From Promethearchaeota archaeon (GTDB taxonomy: Archaea > Asgardarchaeota > Lokiarchaeia > Sigyniarchaeales > SOKP01), in the NCBI GenBank assembly GCA_048940925.1, contig JBHLOC010000053.1:6823-23612 (forward strand): DNA of 16,790 nt, written 5' to 3'. Under the pieces are notes generated by a model. The model worked only from the letters and a program-made list of their open reading frames with translations. It had not been told where the DNA came from and did not search any database. The translations under genes and the position numbers were made by a program. Positions 8,088-16,229 of the stretch are shown piece by piece. Every line of letters starts with the position of its first letter. Position 1 is the stretch's first letter.

Positions 8088-8558
8088 ATGCCAGATACTA
8101 ATTTGTTTTCTCAAAGGGATAATCTTATTGAACAAATAAATGAATTATTAATTTATTATGAGAAAAAAGCAGAATGTGGAATTTTTTTTATTTTGGATGA
8201 AGGTAAATCCCCTTTAGATATCATTGGGGTGTTAGATTTTTTGAAGTATAAGATTAAAAAATGGGGAAATACAAATATATTTAGTTACATTGGAAACTTA
8301 TTTGAGAATAATACTGTTCTTGTTGTCGGAGCACGTGATCTTGAGGAAGCAAAAAGTATAATTATATATATGTTATTATCGAAGGTTTTAACTGAAAATA
8401 AAAAGATTGATGATTTTTTAGACAATCAAACTACCTTTAATAATCTTCAGCAATTTTTAAACACTGAATTTACTAAAAATATAACAACTGGGTATCCTGT
8501 TGACCCAACTTTAGAAAGAAAGTTAAGAGACCATTTAGAGAAATTGATTATGAGTTAA
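8088..8558 (+). CDS. Hypothetical soluble protein (156 aa)
   Basis: Clean ATG-started ORF with genome-typical composition filling the gap between MFS and csp; no recognised motif. Confidence 0.7.
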   Translation: MPDTNLFSQRDNLIEQINELLIYYEKKAECGIFFILDEGKSPLDIIGVLDFLKYKIKKWGNTNIFSYIGNLFENNTVLVVGARDLEEAKSIIIYMLLSKVLTENKKIDDFLDNQTTFNNLQQFLNTEFTKNITTGYPVDPTLERKLRDHLEKLIMS

Positions 8559-8598
8559 AAGAAACTAAATTTCTTTAATTTTTATTGGTTGATATCAT

Positions 8599-8610
8599 AA
8601 ACCTTATATC
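8599..8610 (+). promoter_or_regulatory. Putative archaeal BRE/TATA promoter of the cold-shock gene
   Basis: AAACCTTATATC about 70 nt upstream of ATG 8680, inside an inverted repeat TTGATAT-N10-ATATCAA (8589-8612). Confidence 0.45.
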
Positions 8611-8679
8611 AATGAAATACTTACAAATCTTAATTGGTACAGTTTATTCTAATGTACTCAATTTATTTAGGTTTTTTCA

Positions 8680-8934
8680 ATGGTAAAAGGTACTGTTAAG
8701 TGGTTTAATAGCAAGAAAGGCTATGGGTTTATTACACCTGAGGATGAATCAGGAGATATCTTTGTGCATTATACAGCAATTCAAGCCGAAAGTGGGGCGT
8801 TTAAGGTCATTTATGAAGGTGATATCGTTGAATTCGAAATTACACAAGGAAAGAAAGGACCACAAGCAAGTGATGTTGTAGTAGTTCAAGAGGGTCCTCG
8901 AACTAACTTCCGTAGCCGTAAATCATTTTATTAA
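8680..8934 (+). CDS. cspA: Cold-shock domain protein (CspA family)
   Basis: [15 protein letters not shown] (RNP1), DIFVHY (RNP2), [10 protein letters not shown]; short basic/aromatic C-terminal tail. Confidence 0.95.
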   Translation: MVKGTVKWFNSKKGYGFITPEDESGDIFVHYTAIQAESGAFKVIYEGDIVEFEITQGKKGPQASDVVVVQEGPRTNFRSRKSFY

Positions 8935-9319
8935 TAACTAGATTTATTAGTAAAAAAAGGAATTAGAAAGATTAATATCAAGGAATTTTGAAAGATTAAA
9001 ATGTGTGGGAGAGGGAAATCTTAAATTTCTAATTTACATAATTTTATATCTTACAGATTCCCTTTTTTTTAAATTTTTAAATAAATAGAAGCTTAAAATA
9101 ATTTCTTCAATAGAGAAGAAGAATTTGTATTAAACTACTGTAATTAAGGCAGTTCTGGATTTTCCCATCCCATAAAATTTTATTTTGCATTCATACATTA
9201 GACATTTCCTAGAAGAATTATCAAATAATTAGGGATAATGTATAAAAAAAAATAATTGGAAATTTAGGAATTATAGAAATTTGATACTTACAATTGCTAT
9301 AATTTATCTACTAAATATT

Positions 9320-10168
9320 TCACCATTTATTGTACTTTGCCTCTCTTTTTTCGAGAGTCGCACTAACGCCTTCAAGAATATCCGCTGAGTTCGAGCAAAC
9401 TACTTGTGTTCTATTTTCTAATTTAATAGCAGCTTCAAGCGAGGATGCATCAACATTTATATTTAAGGCATCTTTTGTGAGTATGATTCCTAAAGGACTC
9501 TTGTTTAATATCTGATTTGCTATGTTCAGACTTTCACTAAGAAGGTTGCTATCAGATACTACTTTTGAAACAAGTCCTATTTTATCTGCCTCTTTAGCAT
9601 CGATAACTTTTCCTGTATACATGAATTCTGCAGCTCTTGAAAACCCAATTAACCGAGGTAACCAATAAGAACTTCCACAATCTGCCCCAGACACCCCTAT
9701 TTTTACAAAGGCATTGCAAAATTTAGCACTTTCTCCAGCAACTCTTATATCCGCTGCGAGAGCTAGAGTTAAGCCTCCTCCATAAGCAGACCCCTTCACA
9801 GCAGCAATGACAGGTTGCGGGATTTTTCTAAGTTGGACCATCATTTGAGAGATTAATTTCTGTACTATAACAGATCTTTTTATTTTGTCATCTGTAAGTA
9901 AATATGTGTACTTCTGGTATTCTTCCGGTATTTTTCTTTTATTAACATTTTGAAAATCTTTTAAATCAAGACCTGAAGAGAATGCACGACCTTCTCCAAT
10001 TAAAATTAGGACTCTTATATCCAAACTATTTTCTAAAGATTTAAGATAATCTAATATTTCCTCTGTAAATTGAAGATTAATTGCATTTAATCTCTTTGGT
10101 CTGTTGAATGTTAGAATTGAAATTCCATCTTCTCTTTCATCAACCTTTATGGTTTCATAATTTTGCAT
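9320..10168 (-). CDS. Enoyl-CoA hydratase/isomerase (crotonase) family protein
   Basis: LTFNRPKRLNA, GEGRAFSSGLDL, PQPVIAAVKGSAYGGGLTLALAADIR, LPRLIG, A.EA.KIGLV. GGAG upstream favours ATG 10168 over 10180. Confidence 0.93.
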   Translation of the reverse strand: MQNYETIKVDEREDGISILTFNRPKRLNAINLQFTEEILDYLKSLENSLDIRVLILIGEGRAFSSGLDLKDFQNVNKRKIPEEYQKYTYLLTDDKIKRSVIVQKLISQMMVQLRKIPQPVIAAVKGSAYGGGLTLALAADIRVAGESAKFCNAFVKIGVSGADCGSSYWLPRLIGFSRAAEFMYTGKVIDAKEADKIGLVSKVVSDSNLLSESLNIANQILNKSPLGIILTKDALNINVDASSLEAAIKLENRTQVVCSNSADILEGVSATLEKREAKYNKW

Positions 10169-10313
10169 TTTACACTCCATTAATTTTATTTATTCCTTTC
10201 GAATCTTTTAATTTAAGATTATACAATAATAATTAATCTTTTCGATAATATAGAATCAGAAAACAATATTCAACATAGAATTAGTAAGAAAATAAAAAAA
10301 TGTAAACTAAATT

Positions 10314-10324
10314 AAAAAAAAAAA
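10314..10324 (-). terminator. Oligo-T terminator of the cooF-cooS-FNOR operon
   Basis: A11 on + (T11 on -) 14 nt after the FNOR stop at 10338. Confidence 0.55.
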
Positions 10325-10337
10325 TATTTAGTTGAAA

Positions 10338-11573
10338 TTAAAAGATTGTTTGTAGCATAGCTGCGTCTGTCTCAATCATACCTATATTAAATCTATCTTT
10401 TAGCAATAGCTTTTTATATTTAGAAACATCACGTTTACTTGTCATAAGTGAGTGGAATACGCCGGCATTTTGCATTGTATTAATTAGCATATAACCATTA
10501 ATATGTGAGTTACTAAGATATATTTTCTTATAAGTATCATTTTTAAAAAATTTCAATTCCTCTCCTTCATATACTCCATCTGAAATTATCGGTGTCCCAA
10601 ATACCTTAATAATGGTTTGTATAGCAGATCCATCATATTTTGATTTCCTTCCAATCATATTATAACCTGCAACTGCTCCTTGAGTTAATGCGTTAGTCCA
10701 AAGTAATATAGATTCTCGATTTCCTGTTAAAATATTAATAGATTCAGTAATATCTCCTGCAGCATATACATCGGGGGCATTTGTTTCAAGATATTCATTT
10801 ACAATTATTCCTGAATTTGTTTTAATTCCACTACCTTGTAAAAATTCTAAATTAGGCTTAACACCTGTAGCAATTATAACAATATCTGTATCTAAGACAG
10901 TTCCATCGGCTAATTTAACATTCTTTACTCTTTTTTTACCTATAATCTTAGAAATATTATTTTCTAATAATAGATTGATGTCATTTTTTTCAAGAATCTC
11001 TTTTGCTATATCTCCCATTTCTCTGTCAAGCATTCGAGGTAGAACTCTATCTAAGGCTTCTACAATAGTAACATCTATATTTTTTTTCTTCAGTCCCTCA
11101 GCAGCATCAAGACCTATAAAGCCTCCGCCAAGTACAACTGCTTTTTTAACTTTTTGTGTATTAAGCCAATTATAAATACTATCAGTATCATTCAGGGTTT
11201 TGAAGGTAAAAACTCCATCTATATCAAGTCCCTTTATGTCTGGTACATCAACATGTCCACCTCCTGCTATGAGAAGTTTATCGTAGTCAACAGATTCTGA
11301 ATTTACTAAAACTTTTTTATGTTCAGGTTGAATGCTTTTTACTTCTTTACCTAAAATTGACCTAATATTCATACGATTGAAGAAATCTTTCCCTTTCCAG
11401 AAGATATTATCTCTTTCTTCCTCTTCCAAGATGTAATGGCAGAGAAGACAAGCCGAATATGGTGGAACATCTTCTTTTGAAATCATTATGATTTCTGATT
11501 CTTGATCATATTCTCGTATCGCTTCAACACAACTTACTCCTGCGCCCCCAGTACCAATTATCACATGTCTCAT
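10338..11573 (-). CDS. FAD-dependent NAD(P)H oxidoreductase (FNOR; NirB-N-terminal/rubredoxin-reductase-like), CODH-associated
   Basis: HVIIGTGGAG (FAD), YDKLLIAGG, VVLGGGFIGLD (NAD), ATGVKPN, TNAPDVYAAGD. GGTGAGGAG SD favours ATG 11573 over GTG 11594. Confidence 0.9.
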   Translation of the reverse strand: MRHVIIGTGGAGVSCVEAIREYDQESEIIMISKEDVPPYSACLLCHYILEEEERDNIFWKGKDFFNRMNIRSILGKEVKSIQPEHKKVLVNSESVDYDKLLIAGGGHVDVPDIKGLDIDGVFTFKTLNDTDSIYNWLNTQKVKKAVVLGGGFIGLDAAEGLKKKNIDVTIVEALDRVLPRMLDREMGDIAKEILEKNDINLLLENNISKIIGKKRVKNVKLADGTVLDTDIVIIATGVKPNLEFLQGSGIKTNSGIIVNEYLETNAPDVYAAGDITESINILTGNRESILLWTNALTQGAVAGYNMIGRKSKYDGSAIQTIIKVFGTPIISDGVYEGEELKFFKNDTYKKIYLSNSHINGYMLINTMQNAGVFHSLMTSKRDVSKYKKLLLKDRFNIGMIETDAAMLQTIF

Positions 11574-11602
11574 TTTTCTCCTCACCTTCTTCACATGAAA
11601 TA

Positions 11603-13504
11603 TTACATAGGTGCAGCAATTGGTGGTTCTGTTAATCCAAGTGCTTTTCGTTTTTCTTCAATATGATTAATTATTAATTCTGCTTCTTTCTCAGGATCTG
11701 GCTCTACAGCAAAAGTAGCTCCAACAACATCATTAAGTCCTTGTGTAAGAAGCGTGGTAACATTTTTGCTTCCTAACACTGGAGGTATAGCACCAAGAAC
11801 AGTAAATATACCTGAAGAGACGACATAGGCTCCTATACTAACTGCTTTTTCTGACATCCATTCAGGTGCAGCACCTGCAACTGGTAAGTCGCTTATGTCT
11901 ACATTTAGAGCTTTTGCAATAGCTGCTGCAACATTCATTATTCTACTTATATCTACACAAGATCCCATATGTAAAACAGGAGGAATACCAAGAGCTTTTG
12001 CAATTTGTTTTAACCCTTCACCTGCTTGGTCTGCTGCTTCTGGAACCAATAAACCCGCTTTACCACAAGCAATAGCAGAACATCCTGTTTCAACTACTAG
12101 AATATTATTTTCAATTAACCTCTTCGCAAGTGTTACATGATTATAATCATGCTTTATCTTTGGATTATTGCACCCCACAAGAGCCGCAATTCCTCTTATC
12201 TTACCATCTTTTATAGCATCGATGAGAGGTTCTGCAGTTCCACCAAGAGCTTTAATAATTGCTTCAGTAGAAAATCCACCCATTAATTTAACAGGATTTT
12301 TTGGGATATTCACACGATCAGGATTTCTATTTACAAAATTTTCAACAGCTTCTTTGACTATATTTTTTCCAATCTCGTATGCACGCTCTGGTTCAAATTC
12401 CATATGCATGGCTCCTTGCATCTTTGCTTTAGGGGAAGTAGTTATTAATTTAGTATGATAACAACTAGCAGTAGAAGAGAGTGCAGGCATAAGACACTGA
12501 TAATCAATTACCATTGCTTCTATAGCACCAGTTATTAATGCCAGCTCTTGTACTAAAAAATTACCTGCAATAGGAATTCCTTTTCTCATTAAGAGTTCAT
12601 TTGCAGTACAACATATTCCAGCTATATTAATTCCATTAGCACCTTTTTGTTTTGCTAACTCAATCATTTCAGAATCTCTACATGCATCTACAACCATTTC
12701 AGATAGCACTGGATTATGCCCATGGACAATAATATTTACCATATCTTCTTTTAACACAGCTAAGTTTACTGAACTTTCTTTTGGCTCAGGAGTTCCAAAT
12801 AAAATGTCACTAAATTCTGTAGCAATCATAGATCCGCCCCAACCATCACTAAGTGATGCTCTAAGACCATGTAATAATATGTTTGCATAATCTGCACCAA
12901 CACCAATATGGGTACGATGCATAATTTCGACTATTTCTCTATCAATACTTCTTGGCCAAATGCCAACATTTTTCCATAAATCTTTCCTTTTCTCTGGTAC
13001 TCGTTCAGCAAATTGGATTGTGTTTTTCACCATTCCAAATTCGTCCATTGCCTTTTCAGCTAACTCCTTTGCAATATCTTCTTTAGTTCTACCATCTAAA
13101 ACAACTTTATATTCTTGCGCTAGTCGTTTTAATTTCTCTTCATCAGTAATTTGATATCCAAATGTTTTACCTTCAGCAGTTAAATGAAGAACTTCAACTA
13201 TATCTCTCCCATGATCTGAGTGGGCAGCAGCTCCAGCAGCAATCATTCTTGCTAGATTTCTAGCTACAATTATATCTGAATCAGCACCACACACCCCTCG
13301 AGTTGGTTCATCTCCAAAAGGATCAATTCTACAGGGTCCCATTGCACAATTTCGGCAACAAATTCCTAGTAATCCATAACCACATTGTGGTTCTTGAGAT
13401 TCTAATCTGTCCCATGCTGTATTAATATGTTCTTCAGCCGCTTTTTCTAAGATTGGTTGAGCGGTTCTATCGATTGTTCTTTCAAAAATTTCTTCCTTTA
13501 TCAT
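11603..13504 (-). CDS. cooS: Anaerobic Ni,Fe carbon monoxide dehydrogenase catalytic subunit (CooS type)
   Basis: D/B-cluster PQCGYGLLGICCRNCAMGPC and GVCG; AAHSDH; C-cluster ligands HGHNP, GICCTANE, DYQC, GCNNPK, TGCSA, HMGSCVD; catalytic Lys in WMSEKA. AGGTGA SD favours ATG 13504 (GTG 13516 is the alternative). Confidence 0.97.
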   Translation of the reverse strand: MIKEEIFERTIDRTAQPILEKAAEEHINTAWDRLESQEPQCGYGLLGICCRNCAMGPCRIDPFGDEPTRGVCGADSDIIVARNLARMIAAGAAAHSDHGRDIVEVLHLTAEGKTFGYQITDEEKLKRLAQEYKVVLDGRTKEDIAKELAEKAMDEFGMVKNTIQFAERVPEKRKDLWKNVGIWPRSIDREIVEIMHRTHIGVGADYANILLHGLRASLSDGWGGSMIATEFSDILFGTPEPKESSVNLAVLKEDMVNIIVHGHNPVLSEMVVDACRDSEMIELAKQKGANGINIAGICCTANELLMRKGIPIAGNFLVQELALITGAIEAMVIDYQCLMPALSSTASCYHTKLITTSPKAKMQGAMHMEFEPERAYEIGKNIVKEAVENFVNRNPDRVNIPKNPVKLMGGFSTEAIIKALGGTAEPLIDAIKDGKIRGIAALVGCNNPKIKHDYNHVTLAKRLIENNILVVETGCSAIACGKAGLLVPEAADQAGEGLKQIAKALGIPPVLHMGSCVDISRIMNVAAAIAKALNVDISDLPVAGAAPEWMSEKAVSIGAYVVSSGIFTVLGAIPPVLGSKNVTTLLTQGLNDVVGATFAVEPDPEKEAELIINHIEEKRKALGLTEPPIAAPM

Positions 13505-13512
13505 TTTTATTT

Positions 13513-14121
13513 TCACCTACCTACTTTGGTCATAGAGAGAGCCAAATCACGCCATAATTTTACTAATTCAGGAACTTTTGCTTCAATTTGCATTTCTGCT
13601 GCAAATTGTGTAGCGGTTTTAGCCATAAGTTTTCTTTCTTCCTTGATAATCTCATTGATATCTCCATATAGAAGAGCTCCCGTTTTACAAGCTTCAACAC
13701 AGGCAGGGATTAAATCTGTATTAATACGCTCAAAGCAATTATCGCATTTATTAGCAACATCACGTTCAATAGAAACGCGCCAAGATGGATTAAACGTAAT
13801 AGCATCAAAAGGACAAACAATTGCACACATACCACATTCGATACATTTTTCATCATTAATAAGAACGATGTTTGTATCTTTATCTCTAGTTATAGCTCCA
13901 GAAGGGCAAGCTTGTATACATGGTGTTGGGTCACAATGTGAACATTTACCAGGATAAGCCATTATTCCAAAAGTAGGCATCACATGAATTTTCGAATTAG
14001 GCAAGGGTTCTTCAGATATTGCAGTATAAAGATTTTTTGTCTTAGAATGTTCTATTGTACAAGCAATTTCACAATGTTTACACCCAATACAGTTTTCGGG
14101 CCTTACAAAAACAGATTCCAT
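13513..14121 (-). CDS. cooF: CooF-type 4x[4Fe-4S] electron-transfer protein
   Basis: 16 Cys in the DmsB/CooF pattern: CIGCKHCEIAC, CSHCDPTPCIQAC, CIECGMCAIVC, KCDNC...PACVEAC; directly upstream of cooS; SD GAGGGAG at 14135-14129. Confidence 0.92.
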   Translation of the reverse strand: MESVFVRPENCIGCKHCEIACTIEHSKTKNLYTAISEEPLPNSKIHVMPTFGIMAYPGKCSHCDPTPCIQACPSGAITRDKDTNIVLINDEKCIECGMCAIVCPFDAITFNPSWRVSIERDVANKCDNCFERINTDLIPACVEACKTGALLYGDINEIIKEERKLMAKTATQFAAEMQIEAKVPELVKLWRDLALSMTKVGR

Positions 14122-14344
14122 TTAAAGACTCCCTCTTTTTAATAGTTTTTTTCTTTCTTATTTTTTGAAAAGTTTTTAGTTAGATTTCTCGATTCCTAAA
14201 AAAGATAACACTTTATAAAAATATATGTAAATGAAGGTTTTTCCCAACATTAAGACCCTCTATATTAAATATATAGCTTATTTTTATATATTGAAATTTT
14301 TTATTTCTTCTTAGAGAATCCTATTAAAGGAAAGGAAATAACAA

Positions 14345-15028
14345 ATGTTAGTCTCAAGAAATTATTTATTAATGATCCTTGATGAGGAAAAAGGAAAGCT
14401 TTACTCTCGAGCTTCGGCAGCAAAAGATCTTGGATTAATAGGAGCAATGTTGATGGATTTATATCTACGTGGTAAAATCTTGGTTGAAAGAAAAAAAATA
14501 AGAGTCATTGATCCAACCCCAACTGGAGATGAGCTTTTAGATGATGTATTGGAAATCTTGGATAGATCAAAAAAAATTAGGAAATTAAATAGATGGCTTG
14601 GATGGATTTCAAGAAGGTATAAAACATATTACTATGCCTTTTTTAAACGATTAGAGAAGCAAGAAATTCTGAAAATAAAAGTTAAAAAGACATTTAAAAT
14701 TTTTGAATCAAAAAGATTTTATTTGCAAAGAGCAGAAGTAAAATTGGTGATTCTGGAACAGATACAGAATGCAATAGTTAATAATTTAAGTCCTAGTATA
14801 GATTTATTATGTTTATTAAGCTTATTGGAAGTGAGTGGGTTAATAAAGGTATATATAGCAAAAGAATTTCGAAAACAATTTAGAATTCGGATAAATGAGT
14901 TAATTTATTCAGGAAACTTGAATCCAAGAGATCAAGAAATGATAATAAGCATAACAAAAGCTATAAAAGAAATAATAGCTGCGAGGCAAGCTACTGTAAC
15001 TGTTGTCGTTACTGCTGCTGTGGCATAA
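14345..15028 (+). CDS. GPP34 family protein (GOLPH3/Vps74 homolog)
   Basis: LLMILDEEKGK, LGLIGAMLMDLYLRGKI, VIDPTPTGDELLDDVLE, W, RLEKQEIL followed by a hairpin KKTFKIFESKRFY, LLSLL, and an Ala/Val-rich tail: the hallmark pattern of the GPP34 family. Confidence 0.85.
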   Translation: MLVSRNYLLMILDEEKGKLYSRASAAKDLGLIGAMLMDLYLRGKILVERKKIRVIDPTPTGDELLDDVLEILDRSKKIRKLNRWLGWISRRYKTYYYAFFKRLEKQEILKIKVKKTFKIFESKRFYLQRAEVKLVILEQIQNAIVNNLSPSIDLLCLLSLLEVSGLIKVYIAKEFRKQFRIRINELIYSGNLNPRDQEMIISITKAIKEIIAARQATVTVVVTAAVA

Positions 15029-15126
15029 GTTCAATTGATTACTCTCTTCCAGAAATCTTAAAAATCTCTAAGTTCTTAATGTAATAATAAACTGATTTTA
15101 AAATAATTTTACTTTAGATATAATAG

Positions 15127-16200
15127 ATGCTAAAGGTTCAAAGAAAGAAATTAATAATTGAAAATCAAACGGTTTTTTTCAAATCATCCGAAGACATGTC
15201 AGAATTAGATAATGAATCAATTGATCTTATTATAACTTCACCTCCTTATAACCGAGGAAAGACATATTCCTCTGATTTTGGTGAATTTCATAATGATAAT
15301 ATGGAGGAAAGCGAATATTTCTCACTTTTAATGAAAGTATGGAAAGAATGTTATAGAGTTGCCAAGAAGCAAGCTATACTTTTTCTTAATATTGGCGATT
15401 CTGCCCTTGATCAAGGAAAATCTGAAAAAGTAGCTTTATCAGCTGAGAAAGCTTCATGGATACGTCTACAAGATATTATCTGGATTAAAACATTTTTAGG
15501 TAAAGGGCATTATACCCCCACTGGAGGCTCTCGTCGTTTAAATAATATTTGGGAACATGTATATCTTTTCGTCAAAAATATGAGAGAATATAAAATGGAT
15601 CCTAAAGCAATTGGAATTCCTTATGCTGATAAATCGAATATTGGTAGGTATTCTGATTCAGATTTAAGAGATGCTGGTAACGTGTGGTTGATTGGCTACG
15701 AGAAAACTACGGGAGCCACAATAAAAAAAGGTCATGAAGCACCATTTCCAATTGGTCTTCCTTATAAATGTATTAAATTAGTTCCTGATGTTAAGACTGT
15801 CTTAGACCCATTTGGAGGAACTTGTTCAACATTAGCTGCATGTCTTAAATTAGGAGTAAAGGGTTATGCTTATGAAAAATATCCTCGGATTAAGGTTATT
15901 GAATCAAGAATTTTGGAAGGGAAAGAATATCAAGAGAAAGAGGAAAGTTTAATCCCACATTTAGAGTTGTCAATAAAATTATTAGGAGAATTGACTTCGA
16001 ACAAATATACTGAATTTCCTAAAATAAGAACAAAAATTGAATATAATAACTATAAGATACTAAATGTGATCTTCAAAAACTTAGGTTTTCGAAGTCCACT
16101 TAAATTAAGTCTAGAAAAAAGATTAAAATCCCTTGAAATCTCTTTAAGTGAAAAAGAGCAACATGCAAAAAAATATAAGCAAAAAAAATTAATGAATTAG
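15127..16200 (+). CDS. Site-specific DNA methyltransferase, beta class (N4-cytosine/N6-adenine)
   Basis: SIDLIITSPPYN (motif IV) precedes IIWIK, NVWLI, HEAPFP and VLDPFGGTCST (motif I); ~100-aa basic C-terminal extension. Confidence 0.9.
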   Translation: MLKVQRKKLIIENQTVFFKSSEDMSELDNESIDLIITSPPYNRGKTYSSDFGEFHNDNMEESEYFSLLMKVWKECYRVAKKQAILFLNIGDSALDQGKSEKVALSAEKASWIRLQDIIWIKTFLGKGHYTPTGGSRRLNNIWEHVYLFVKNMREYKMDPKAIGIPYADKSNIGRYSDSDLRDAGNVWLIGYEKTTGATIKKGHEAPFPIGLPYKCIKLVPDVKTVLDPFGGTCSTLAACLKLGVKGYAYEKYPRIKVIESRILEGKEYQEKEESLIPHLELSIKLLGELTSNKYTEFPKIRTKIEYNNYKILNVIFKNLGFRSPLKLSLEKRLKSLEISLSEKEQHAKKYKQKKLMN

Positions 16201-16229
16201 GAATTAGTTAATTAGTCTTAATTTTAACC

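Noticed and set aside
9330-9515. ORF 9330..9515 (+)
   Set aside because: Antisense to the enoyl-CoA hydratase gene.
9320-10337. Enoyl-CoA hydratase as a fourth gene of the CODH operon
   Set aside because: It is separated by ~170 nt containing a T11 terminator-like tract and AT-rich promoter-like sequence; no functional link can be supported from sequence.
13513-13516. cooF TGA as a selenocysteine codon or a cooF-cooS fusion
   Set aside because: cooS is in a different frame, CooF is complete, and the TGA forms part of the AGGTGA SD for cooS.
10975-13957. Plus-strand ORFs 10975..11175, 11895..12140, 12168..12458, 12960..13154 and 13457..13957
   Set aside because: All are antisense to well-supported FNOR/cooS/cooF genes and have typical shadow-ORF composition.
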